From positions 1,696,001 through 1,760,000 of the forward strand of contig OZ245003.1 of assembly GCA_965223425.1 (NCBI GenBank): a stretch of 64,000 nt of DNA, in the 5' to 3' direction. The stretch comes from Nitrosopumilus sp. (lineage in GTDB: Archaea > Thermoproteota > Nitrososphaeria > Nitrososphaerales > Nitrosopumilaceae). Positions 1 through 8,266 of this stretch are shown piece by piece (position 1 is the first letter of the stretch; each line of letters begins with the position of its first letter). The notes beneath the pieces are model-generated. The model had not been told where the DNA came from and made no database searches. It worked only from the letters and a program-made list of their open reading frames with translations. A program made the translations under genes and the position numbers.

Positions 1-48
1 GTCATGCTGATGTGCTCCCAATGAGCGAAACTGCCATTATGGCAGTCC

Positions 49-714
49 ATGGCAAAACAAATTCTCAAACAGATTGCAAAAGCAATCGCAATAACCGTGA
101 TTGTAGTGATTACGGCATCCATTGTGTGGACATTTGTTGTTCCGATGCTGCCACTGAGCCAAGTGTCAGATATTGTAGAAGAGAATGTGAAAGAGCCGTT
201 AGAGAAACTTGTTTCACAAACACCGCTTGCACCAGATGAGCAAGTCACAAATGGAACGCCAAAGAACAATGACGCCCCATCGTCATACGATGACATTGAC
301 GACCCGCCATCGGACATAGTTACCTCATATGATCCACCAGACATGGATTTTCTGAACAGTGGCACTGTAACCAAAGTCATTGACGGCGACACGATTGATA
401 TCGACAACATGCGATTCAGACTTGCTCTGATAGACACTCCTGAGAGAGGCGAGGCCGGATACAATGAGGCAAGGATGTTCCTGTTGAAGAACTGTCCCGT
501 ACAGTCGTTGGCACTGTATGATATCGACGACAAACAGAAGACGGACAAGTACGGACGATACATAGGAAAGGTATGGTGTTATGGATATCCACCTGTCGTT
601 CCTGAAAATTCCATGAACAGCAAACTTGTAAACGAGGGACATGCAGTGGTTGTCTCAACGTTTTGCAGGTCAAGCGAATATGGAAATGAGCAGTGGTTAG
701 ACCCACACTGCTAG
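49..714 (+). CDS. Membrane-anchored thermonuclease (SNase-like) family protein
   Basis: N-terminal TM helix; motifs VIDGDTI, RLALIDTPE, DKYGRYIG, LVNEGHA. Confidence 0.85.
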   Translation: MAKQILKQIAKAIAITVIVVITASIVWTFVVPMLPLSQVSDIVEENVKEPLEKLVSQTPLAPDEQVTNGTPKNNDAPSSYDDIDDPPSDIVTSYDPPDMDFLNSGTVTKVIDGDTIDIDNMRFRLALIDTPERGEAGYNEARMFLLKNCPVQSLALYDIDDKQKTDKYGRYIGKVWCYGYPPVVPENSMNSKLVNEGHAVVVSTFCRSSEYGNEQWLDPHC

Positions 715-791
715 TATTGTTCTCTTTCACATACCATCCCCCCCCTTTTTTTCTAATCAAATTTTTTGTACGGACATCTGATTATTTTTTC

Positions 792-867
792 GTGACCTGG
801 CATGTCATCCCAAATCTTGCACCAGTATGTTCAAACATACCTGACAGGCAGGCAAGTGTGGGGATGA
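792..867 (+). ncRNA. Structured intergenic motif, type A, copy 1
   Basis: GTGACCTGGCATGTCATCCC...GGGATGA; outer stem TCATCCC/GGGATGA, CTTGC/GCAAG, inner hairpin TATGT-TCAA-ACATA; preceded by T-tract. Confidence 0.65.
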
Positions 868-868
868 T

Positions 869-954
869 GGTGAGTTTACCTAGCAAGGTAAGGTGTCCGA
901 CTGATAATCGGAATGTCTGTCAGGACAGCGTGGGTTCGAATCCCACACTCACCG
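869..954 (+). tRNA. Class II (long variable arm) tRNA with GAU anticodon and G73 discriminator
   Basis: Acceptor GGTGAGT/ACTCACC-G; D-stem ACC/GGT; anticodon arm TCCGA-CTGATAA-TCGGA; variable arm TGTCT-GTCA-GGACA; T-arm GTGGG-TTCGAAT-CCCAC; no encoded CCA. Confidence 0.85.
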
Positions 955-1009
955 TAATACTCCTGCATATTAAAACATTCAGGAGAGAAATTCAAAAAAG
1001 TGAACAAAA

Positions 1010-1393
1010 ATGGGAATGTATGATGAGGTCGTAGCGGCCATAACATGTCCCTGCTGCAAGAGAAGGTATCTGGATTATGGAATCCAAACAAAGAACTTTC
1101 GGTGCGTACTCTCCAAAATATTTGAAAATGACGACACGAGGAATATTGTGGAGGAAAGGAAATCGTTTGGAAACATAAGGAACGAGACGTTCAAATGTTT
1201 TACATTCTGTGTAATGTGTTCTGCGGGAATCAATATGACAGGAGTCATATCAGAATATGTGTTTCGTGGAGTCAAGGCGGACTCGTTTAATGAGAATATA
1301 AAAAGGTCCGGAACAGATGGAATTGCAATTGATCCCTCCATCATGACAGAAAATGGAAACCATGCAGCAGAAAACGGACTGCTAAAACCCTGA
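1010..1393 (+). CDS. Cys-rich hypothetical protein (MGMYD...CPCC...QTK), copy 1
   Basis: 127 aa ORF, near-identical second copy at 2146-2529. Confidence 0.75.
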   Translation: MGMYDEVVAAITCPCCKRRYLDYGIQTKNFRCVLSKIFENDDTRNIVEERKSFGNIRNETFKCFTFCVMCSAGINMTGVISEYVFRGVKADSFNENIKRSGTDGIAIDPSIMTENGNHAAENGLLKP

Positions 1394-1403
1394 TTATTTT
1401 TTC

Positions 1404-1479
1404 GTGACCTGGCATGTCATCCCAAATCTTGCACCAGTATGTTCAAACATACCTGACAGGCAGGCAAGTGTGGGGATGA
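1404..1479 (+). ncRNA. Structured intergenic motif, type A, copy 2 (followed by a deleted cassette: tRNA 5' 20 nt joined to the 3' end of the 127-aa ORF)
   Basis: Identical to 792-867; 1481-1500 is the tRNA start, then the sequence jumps to CCGGAACAGATGG of the ORF end. Confidence 0.65.
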
Positions 1480-1596
1480 TGGTGAGTTTACCTAGCAAGG
1501 CCGGAACAGATGGAATTGCAATTGATCCCTCCATCATGACAGAAAATGGAAACCATGCAGCAGAAAACGGACTGCTAAAACCCTGATTATTTTTTC

Positions 1597-1672
1597 GTGA
1601 CCTGGCATGTCATCCCAAATCTTGCACCAGTATGTTCAAACATACCTGACAGGCAGGCAAGTGTGGGGATGA
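1597..1672 (+). ncRNA. Structured intergenic motif, type A, copy 3
   Basis: Identical to 792-867. Confidence 0.65.
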
Positions 1673-1673
1673 T

Positions 1674-1828
1674 GGTGAGTTTACCTAGCAAGGTGTCGCC
1701 CCGATGAGACGATTGCTTCTGAATTAACATCGCTGGTTCAAATCCCGCACTAACCTCCATTAGTTGTTTCGTTCAGTGTGCGAGCGTCTTAGAAGTGGAC
1801 ATCGTGGGTTCAAATCCCACACTCACCG
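1674..1828 (+). ncRNA. Expanded tRNA-like RNA (GAU loop, shortened D-arm, ~85-nt variable region containing a second T-arm-like motif), copy 1
   Basis: Same acceptor and T-arm as 869-954; internal GCTGG-TTCAAAT-CCCGC-ACTAACC; identical copy at 3384-3538. Confidence 0.6.
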
Positions 1829-1922
1829 TTACAACCCTCAATATTAGACCATTAATGAGGTAAATTCAAAAGTGAAAACCATGCAGCAGAAAACGGACTG
1901 CTAAAACCCTGATTATTTTTTC

Positions 1923-1998
1923 GTGACCTGGCATGTCATCCCAAATCTTGCACCAGTATGTTCAAACATACCTGACAGGCAGGCAAGTGTGGGGATGA
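1923..1998 (+). ncRNA. Structured intergenic motif, type A, copy 4
   Basis: Identical to 792-867. Confidence 0.65.
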
Positions 1999-2002
1999 TA
2001 AT

Positions 2003-2090
2003 GGTGAGTTTATCTAGTAAGGTAAGATGTCGCCCTGATGAGGCGATTGCTTCTGACGGAGCATCGTGGGTTCAAATCCCACACTCACCG
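2003..2090 (+). tRNA. Second class II tRNA with GAU anticodon and G73 discriminator
   Basis: Acceptor GGTGAGT/ACTCACC-G; D-stem ATC/GAT; anticodon arm TCGCC-CTGATGA-GGCGA; variable arm TGCTTC-TGAC-GGAGCA; T-arm GTGGG-TTCAAAT-CCCAC. Confidence 0.85.
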
Positions 2091-2145
2091 TAATACTCCT
2101 GCATATTAAAACATTCAGGAGAGAAATTCAAAAAAGTGAACAAAA

Positions 2146-2529
2146 ATGGGAATGTATGATGAGGTCGTAGCGACCATAACATGTCCCTGCTGCAAGAGAA
2201 GGTATCTGGATTATGGAATCCAAACAAAGAACTTTCGGTGCGTACTCTCCAAAATATTTGAAAATGACGACACGAGGAATATTGTGGAGGAGAGGAAATC
2301 GTTTGGAAACATAAGGAACGAGACGTTCAAATGTTTTACATTCTGTGTAATGTGTTCTGCGGGAATCAATATGACAGGAGTCATATCAGAATATGTGTTT
2401 CGTGGAGTCAAGGCGGACTCGTTTAATGAGAATATAAAAAGGCCCGGAACAGATGGAATTGCAATTGATCCCTCCATCATGACAGAAAATGGAAACCATG
2501 CAGCAGAAAACGGACTGCTAAAACCCTGA
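2146..2529 (+). CDS. Cys-rich hypothetical protein, copy 2
   Basis: 2 aa differences from 1010-1393. Confidence 0.75.
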   Translation: MGMYDEVVATITCPCCKRRYLDYGIQTKNFRCVLSKIFENDDTRNIVEERKSFGNIRNETFKCFTFCVMCSAGINMTGVISEYVFRGVKADSFNENIKRPGTDGIAIDPSIMTENGNHAAENGLLKP

Positions 2530-2539
2530 TTATTTTTTT

Positions 2540-2608
2540 GTGACCTGGCAATCCTTCCAAACCCGCATCAGATGAGCAATCATCCTGACAGGCAGACGGG
2601 TGTGGGAA
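2540..2608 (+). ncRNA. Structured intergenic motif, type B, copy 1
   Basis: GTGACCTGGCAATCC-TTCCAAACCCG...ATGA-GCAA-TCAT...TGACAGGCAGA-CGGGTGTGGGAA. Confidence 0.65.
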
Positions 2609-2645
2609 TGGCGCGGTGTTTGAGACATCAAAGGTAAAACATACA

Positions 2646-2975
2646 ATGAATGCAAAAGGAGCCATAACACATCTGGTAAAAAGGCCGATGGGAGTCGTCT
2701 TTACAGGAATGCTGATTTTTGGGCTGTTCCTGATGATTGGAGGTGACTCGGGCGTACCGGAAATACTGAGAATATGGCCAGTCTACGGAGTGTTTATTAT
2801 TCCTGCCATAGTAGGAATAACTATGCTGCTACTTACTGCTGATGAGGTATCCAAGATACACGGACGTTTTGACTCAGTAGAGTCAAAGCTGGACAAGCTG
2901 GACAATATAGAGTCAAAGCTGGACAGCATAGAGTCAATTCTGAAAGAGATAGCGGGATATCTAAAACCAAAGTAG
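2646..2975 (+). CDS. Small 2-TM membrane protein with C-terminal coiled coil, copy 1
   Basis: Two hydrophobic helices then heptad repeats (SKLDKLDNIESKLDSIE); paralog at 6259-6609. Confidence 0.75.
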   Translation: MNAKGAITHLVKRPMGVVFTGMLIFGLFLMIGGDSGVPEILRIWPVYGVFIIPAIVGITMLLLTADEVSKIHGRFDSVESKLDKLDNIESKLDSIESILKEIAGYLKPK

Positions 2976-3007
2976 CACACGGCAGTTCTCACACATTCAT
3001 TTTTTAT

Positions 3008-3077
3008 CTGACCTGGCAATCCTTCCAAACCCCGTATCAGATGAGCAATCATCCTGACAGGCAGACGGGTGTGGGAA
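3008..3077 (+). ncRNA. Structured intergenic motif, type B, copy 2
   Basis: Near-identical to 2540-2608. Confidence 0.65.
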
Positions 3078-3111
3078 AGGCATCAGACATTTGCGATGTC
3101 CTAGATCAAAA

Positions 3112-3276
3112 ATGAAAAACTATGAAGAAAATTTTGAAGAATGGTGTGCAGAATATGAAAACACAATGCACAGCAATGGTTCTGAAATTATGACCCGTAC
3201 GGACGGCGACATCGGAATCAAATACGTTGTCAGGAAAGACACCGACGGATGTGGCGCATACCTCATCTGGGAGTAA
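3112..3276 (+). CDS. Small acidic hypothetical protein
   Basis: 54-aa ORF filling the cassette between two motifs. Confidence 0.5.
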   Translation: MKNYEENFEEWCAEYENTMHSNGSEIMTRTDGDIGIKYVVRKDTDGCGAYLIWE

Positions 3277-3306
3277 TTACAACCTGAAAACACCAACTAT
3301 TTTTTC

Positions 3307-3382
3307 GTGACCTGGCATGTCATCCCAAATCTTGCACCAGTATGTTCAAACATACCTGACAGGCAGGCAAGTGTGGGGATGA
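3307..3382 (+). ncRNA. Structured intergenic motif, type A, copy 5
   Basis: Identical to 792-867. Confidence 0.65.
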
Positions 3383-3383
3383 T

Positions 3384-3538
3384 GGTGAGTTTACCTAGCA
3401 AGGTGTCGCCCCGATGAGACGATTGCTTCTGAATTAACATCGCTGGTTCAAATCCCGCACTAACCTCCATTAGTTGTTTCGTTCAGTGTGCGAGCGTCTT
3501 AGAAGTGGACATCGTGGGTTCAAATCCCACACTCACCG
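3384..3538 (+). ncRNA. Expanded tRNA-like RNA, copy 2
   Basis: Identical to 1674-1828. Confidence 0.6.
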
Positions 3539-3594
3539 TAATACTCCTGCATATTAAAACATTCAGGAGAAAAATTCAAAAAAAGTGATACAAA

Positions 3595-3726
3595 ATGTTC
3601 GAAGAGGCAAAGTACAAACTCAAAAGAAGCGTCTACAAAAAGACAATTTGTAGAAACTGCAAAAGGGAACGATGGGAAGGGCACCCCGAACTCAACGAAT
3701 GTGATTGCTGTCAGATAGGTCTCTGA
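3595..3726 (+). CDS. 43-aa putative Zn-finger microprotein (not in ORF track)
   Basis: MFEEAKYKLKRSVYKKTICRNCKRERWEGHPELNECDCCQIGL; same upstream leader as the 127-aa ORFs. Confidence 0.55.
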   Translation: MFEEAKYKLKRSVYKKTICRNCKRERWEGHPELNECDCCQIGL

Positions 3727-3771
3727 TTTTTCTGCAATGCCTTGTTGAAAGGTTCCAAAACCATATTTTTT

Positions 3772-3840
3772 GTGACCTGGCAATCCTTCCAAACCCGTAT
3801 CTGATGAGCAATCATCCTGACAGGCAGACGGGTGTGGGAA
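3772..3840 (+). ncRNA. Structured intergenic motif, type B, copy 3
   Basis: Near-identical to 2540-2608. Confidence 0.65.
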
Positions 3841-3974
3841 AGGCAAAAATGCTTGCGGCATTTATGAAAAAATATGCAAGAAAAAGACACAACAATCAAA
3901 ATAAGAACCGGTCTGATTCGACGACAGCAAGTCATCTTTGTTGCAATGATGGCAGTCGGGCATTCCTGATTACC

Positions 3975-4304
3975 ATGAGCCAGCTAGTGGACCAAAGACT
4001 CCTAAGCGAGGGCATAGCCTTTTTTACCATTGGATTCGTAGGAATACTAATGTCCTGGACTACAATGGATATCGGAGCTGGCATCAAGGAGGCAATACAT
4101 GAGGTCGGCCAGCAAAATCAAAGGGCAATTGCCGAAAGCAATCAAAGATTTGACAAGACTCTAAACCGCATTGCCGAATCCCAAAAAGATATTGCCGAAT
4201 CCCAAAAAGATATTGCCAAGGTGTTAGACAATGTCACAAAATCTCAGGAACGCATGCACAAATCCCAAGACGACATCAAAGACACGATAAAAAACAAAGA
4301 CTAG
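3975..4304 (+). CDS. TM plus coiled-coil protein
   Basis: One TM helix followed by IAESQKD heptads. Confidence 0.7.
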   Translation: MSQLVDQRLLSEGIAFFTIGFVGILMSWTTMDIGAGIKEAIHEVGQQNQRAIAESNQRFDKTLNRIAESQKDIAESQKDIAKVLDNVTKSQERMHKSQDDIKDTIKNKD

Positions 4305-4331
4305 GTTCTTCAAACATCCAAACATTTTTTC

Positions 4332-4407
4332 GTGACTGGGTCATACAGTCCAAACCCGTTTTACCTTTGGCGCAAGCCGCAGGCCGACCCAGCGGACGGG
4401 TGTGGGA
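4332..4407 (+). ncRNA. Structured intergenic motif, divergent type C
   Basis: CTGGGTC/GACCCAG pairing, TCCA-A-ACCCG/CGGGT-G-TGGG stem, TGGC-GCAA-GCCG hairpin. Confidence 0.65.
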
Positions 4408-4808
4408 TATAATGAATTCTCATATGAGAATAAGCGTCCAGATGAAAGACGATACTTTCATAGCAATATAACGTCTGTTCTGGCACGTAACATCTGCCAG
4501 AAATACGACCAAACGACAAAGGTTTGGGAGTGATCCTGGTTGCTATAAAAACGATAGCAACATTCACAGAAATGCGACCAAACGACAAAAGCATGCAATG
4601 CCGACAGCACATGGCATCCTTTCCCAGTACGACACGGTATGTCAAATAACAGGCAGACTATGGATTATTGCGCTTGATGATAATCCACCATCCAGATATT
4701 TTTTAGCATAGCCGAGGCTATGGGCGGATGACGACATCAGCTGGGGATATGATGCCAGGCGCTTCAGACATCGTGCATGTGTTTTGTGAAAAAAAGGAGT
4801 GAAACCAA

Positions 4809-6119
4809 ATGGTTTTAAAAAATACAATCAATACAAGTACAAGTATTAAAAATGTACAAAATCAGTCAGTAGGCAAGAAAGGCAGGATCTCAAACAGGGA
4901 TCTCATAAGCATCAGCAGAAATCTGAGTGATCTTGCAAACGGATACATCACGTACAAAACGTACAGGGACGGACGTACCGGCTTCTTCCGTAACAGCACA
5001 ATGATAGCCGTCCTGGAAGAAGGAATGGTAACAACACTGTTTGGCGGTGAGCCAAGGCAGGCAAGCGTGGCATCATTGCTGGATGGCGCATCCCGCAACG
5101 AAGGCATCAAAAAAGAAATTGCACAATGTGCAAGATTTGCCGCAGACTACACCCCCGCAGACGAGGTGGATTCTGAGAAGGACAAGGCCCAGATGCACAG
5201 GGCAGACTCCAGAAGGCCGACAATCAAGGACCGACTCGTGCTGTACTTTGCCGGAATGTCAGATGCCAGCATCCCATGCATGGTGCACGGCAAGGACAAA
5301 TTCAAGATTCTTGTGCCACACAAAGGTACGACAAGAGTTTTTGAAATCAACCGGTCAGAATTCGGCGGAATATCAAAACTGGTAAGAATGGTGCTCAGAA
5401 GGAACCACCAAAAACGCAAATTCACGGCACCTACAGACGAGGTCAAGTTTGCAATAAGTGACGCCGCACGCCTCCCAACGAGAAGAAGCGCCACGTCACA
5501 TGTCACACAGGGCCGCGTGGAACTCTCCGTGATCAGCCCCAGAGAAGAGGTGATAGAGAAAACAACAACGGTACTGGCATCTCTGATAAAATGCGAGGGG
5601 TTTGAAAGAATCCTATCTGAGGAGACAGAGTCATACCAGGCAGAGGAAGTCATCTATGAAAGATTCGGACCAGAAAAACTGCCAACCATCCCGGTGTGGT
5701 TTCCTACCGATGTCACTGCCAACGCAAAAATGGCACACGGAATGGAACGCATCCACGGAACGGAACCTGTAAGAAAGGTATCAAAACACACCACCCGCAA
5801 ATTCTATGGCGCCAAAGAGTCTGAGCTTGAGGATATTGAAGCAAGCAAGAGACACACATATGAGCAAATCCACGCTGCAATGAAATACATAAGGGAGAAC
5901 GGATACTGTACTTGCAATGAGAAGTGCATGTGTGCCGATTTGCCATACGAGGAGAACACCCTGAACATCGCAGAGGTGGCAGACATCTGCTCAGGCATGA
6001 AGGTCGAAGATCTGAGTCTTCTCATGCAGACAATGAAAAGCTGCAATGTCTTGGGGCCAGAGTATTCAGTTGTCTGCTCTGCTGCCGCACGGCTCAGATC
6101 ACAGAACAGTGCGAAATAG
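4809..6119 (+). CDS. Hypothetical protein (436 aa, C-terminal Cys cluster)
   Basis: Long ORF preceded by GGAGTG; no family recognised. Confidence 0.75.
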   Translation: MVLKNTINTSTSIKNVQNQSVGKKGRISNRDLISISRNLSDLANGYITYKTYRDGRTGFFRNSTMIAVLEEGMVTTLFGGEPRQASVASLLDGASRNEGIKKEIAQCARFAADYTPADEVDSEKDKAQMHRADSRRPTIKDRLVLYFAGMSDASIPCMVHGKDKFKILVPHKGTTRVFEINRSEFGGISKLVRMVLRRNHQKRKFTAPTDEVKFAISDAARLPTRRSATSHVTQGRVELSVISPREEVIEKTTTVLASLIKCEGFERILSEETESYQAEEVIYERFGPEKLPTIPVWFPTDVTANAKMAHGMERIHGTEPVRKVSKHTTRKFYGAKESELEDIEASKRHTYEQIHAAMKYIRENGYCTCNEKCMCADLPYEENTLNIAEVADICSGMKVEDLSLLMQTMKSCNVLGPEYSVVCSAAARLRSQNSAK

Positions 6120-6151
6120 CACACGGCAGTTCTCACACATTCATTTTTTAT

Positions 6152-6221
6152 CTGACCTGGCAATCCTTCCAAACCCCGTATCAGATGAGCAATCATCCTG
6201 ACAGGCAGACGGGTGTGGGAA
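6152..6221 (+). ncRNA. Structured intergenic motif, type B, copy 4
   Basis: Identical to 3008-3077. Confidence 0.65.
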
Positions 6222-6258
6222 AGGCGCGGTGTTTGAGACATCAAAGGTAAAACATACA

Positions 6259-6609
6259 ATGAATGCAAAGGGAGCCATAACACATCTGGTAAAAAGGCCG
6301 ATGGGAGTCGTCTTTACAGGAATGCTGATTTTTGGGCTGTTCCTGATGATTGGAGGTGACTCGGGCGTACCGGAAATACTGAGAATATGGCCAGTCTACG
6401 GAGTGTTTATTATTCCTGCCATAGTAGGAATAACTATGCTGCTACTTACTGCTGATGAGGTATCCAAGATACACGGACGTTTTGACTCAGTAGAGTCCAG
6501 TTTGGGTAGAATAGAGTCAAAGTTGGGTGGAATAGATACAAAGCTGGACAAGCTGGACAGCATAGAGTCAATCCTGAAAGAGATAGCGGGATATCTAAAA
6601 CCAAAGTAG
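6259..6609 (+). CDS. Small 2-TM coiled-coil membrane protein, copy 2
   Basis: Identical to 2646-2975 except in the heptad region. Confidence 0.75.
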   Translation: MNAKGAITHLVKRPMGVVFTGMLIFGLFLMIGGDSGVPEILRIWPVYGVFIIPAIVGITMLLLTADEVSKIHGRFDSVESSLGRIESKLGGIDTKLDKLDSIESILKEIAGYLKPK

Positions 6610-6641
6610 CACACGGCAGTTCTCACACATTCATTTTTTAT

Positions 6642-6711
6642 CTGACCTGGCAATCCTTCCAAACCCCGTATCAGATGAGCAATCATCCTGACAGGCAGAC
6701 GGGTGTGGGAA
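6642..6711 (+). ncRNA. Structured intergenic motif, type B, copy 5
   Basis: Identical to 3008-3077. Confidence 0.65.
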
Positions 6712-6939
6712 AGGCGCGGTGTTTGAGACACCAGTTTTTTACTCAGAAAAATTTCACAAATAGCAAGAGTGCACAGTGCACACAATTTTGTCATGCAAGT
6801 GATGATCAAATACATTCATCTGAATGAAAAACATCTACGGAATTTTTTCCGTCAAAAACAAAAAACACCGTCTGGGACATGTTCCCGGAAAAAAACCAAA
6901 GAATGTTCTTTGGAATAATCAACAAAGGAGGTTGATAAA

Positions 6940-7365
6940 ATGAGCAAACAAGAAATAGAAAAACAAGAAAATACAAAGCATGAGAAAGTATCAGACTTTG
7001 AGGAAACTGGGCCAGACGAAGTATGTAAATTCTGTATGGAGAGACATCGGATGGGAGTATCAGACTTTGAGGAAAGCTGGGCCAGAGTGGACAAATTCAA
7101 AGAAAAGTTCGAAAGGGTGTTTCTTATAAAAATCTTTAAAGGCACACCAATAAGACCCGAAGAGGGCGCAGAGAGAGTTAATTTCGGGTATGATGTTGCA
7201 GTGGCATGTGCCAATGATGCAAAAATAAAAGAGATCGACAGACTGATTCTCGAAATGAGATTCCTAATTGAGAACTCTGAATTGCCAGGACATTTTCAAA
7301 GAGGGGTACGCAATGCACTTGATGAGTGCATAGACAGTCTGCCAAAAGTGCAGAGTTGTTTCTAA
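6940..7365 (+). CDS. Hypothetical protein
   Basis: ORF directly after SD-hairpin motif. Confidence 0.7.
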   Translation: MSKQEIEKQENTKHEKVSDFEETGPDEVCKFCMERHRMGVSDFEESWARVDKFKEKFERVFLIKIFKGTPIRPEEGAERVNFGYDVAVACANDAKIKEIDRLILEMRFLIENSELPGHFQRGVRNALDECIDSLPKVQSCF

Positions 7366-7686
7366 TGAAAAACATGCAAAATACATTCCGTAATAACATG
7401 TTTCTGTCTGTGCCACTTGCAGTGGGATTCACGACTCTCGGCCTTGGATACATCCCGCCACACTCAGAGATGCTCATCAACATTGGTTCGGCCTTTATTA
7501 TTGTGTCTGGTATAGAATCAACACGGCAAATGATTTCAGATGCAATGAAGGTAAGACGTGATAGGAAAAGATGAGCAAGAGACAGTCTCAAATGAAATGG
7601 AACCTATCCAAAAACAAAACCACTCAGAGATGATGAGTGTCACAAATAGCACAATCACCACGCCGGATAAGAATCTAGCATGGTAG
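7365..7686 (+). pseudogene. Frameshifted paralog of the TM/coiled-coil protein at 31450-31824
   Basis: Shared LG(Y/F)(I/F)PPHSEM motif; KQNHSEMM segment continues in another frame after the stop at 7574. Confidence 0.5.
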
Positions 7687-7797
7687 CGCGCACCATCTAC
7701 TTTGACCAAAAGTTTGGGCGAAGTTGCGCCTGAATCAAATGACTGCTGGGAAACTTCCCGGACAATATTATACCAATCAACAAAGGAGGTTGATAAA

Positions 7798-8247
7798 ATG
7801 AGCAAACAAGAAATAGAAAAAGAGACAATAAGAAAGGTGCTCCACTACAGGTCACAAATGGAAGATGACGCAGACATGTGTTTGGGCACCAGCGACTCTT
7901 ACATGGAAAGCCTCGTAGACGACATCTTAGAGGCAATTCCCACAAACAACTACGAGCTTACCAGGCCCAGGCACTGTCCTGACTGCAAAAAGATTGTAAA
8001 GACCTACTGGGAACTGCTTTTCTGTGACAAAAATCCCAAAGGTGAAAATACTGTTGCAATGGGGGAAAGGCACGGAAACGTAAAGGACGGCACAATTAGA
8101 TGCGAGGACGGCTATTGCAATCCGCAGGAGTCGATCTGTGAGCCCTCAGAAATAAATCAGGTGTACGTTGATACCCACTCTGTCAACCAGAGATGTATGG
8201 AGTGCGACCAGTTCCTTGTTGTCAATTGGCGGATTGCCCCGCAATAA
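7798..8247 (+). CDS. Cys-rich hypothetical protein
   Basis: Starts after SD-hairpin motif; shares MSKQEIEK N-terminus with 6940; CxxC pairs. Confidence 0.7.
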   Translation: MSKQEIEKETIRKVLHYRSQMEDDADMCLGTSDSYMESLVDDILEAIPTNNYELTRPRHCPDCKKIVKTYWELLFCDKNPKGENTVAMGERHGNVKDGTIRCEDGYCNPQESICEPSEINQVYVDTHSVNQRCMECDQFLVVNWRIAPQ

Positions 8248-8266
8248 CGTATTCTGTCAACCGGAG

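Noticed and set aside
869-954. Annotating as an ordinary tRNA-Ile(GAU) or as an attachment site
   Set aside because: Long variable arm and G73 contradict Ile identity; several full diverged copies are present rather than one 3' fragment.
693-1586. ORFs 693-1034 and 1404-1586, and the N-terminal extensions of 3705-4304 and similar
   Set aside because: They run through the structured motifs and tRNAs; treated as incidental.
3801-3830. CTGATGAG in motif copy B3 as a hammerhead core
   Set aside because: Other copies read CAGATGAG and there is no GAAA or stem III.
792-6711. Calling the A/B/C motif an HDV-like or theta ribozyme
   Set aside because: Strand order is similar, but there is no G at +1, no short P3/L3 with P1.1, and no typical J4/2; theta ribozymes also lie 3' of tRNAs whereas these lie 5'.
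792-6711. Calling the motifs integron attC sites or CRISPR repeats
   Set aside because: No RYYYAAC/GTTRRRY ends, no integron integrase in the window, and spacing is gene-sized and irregular.
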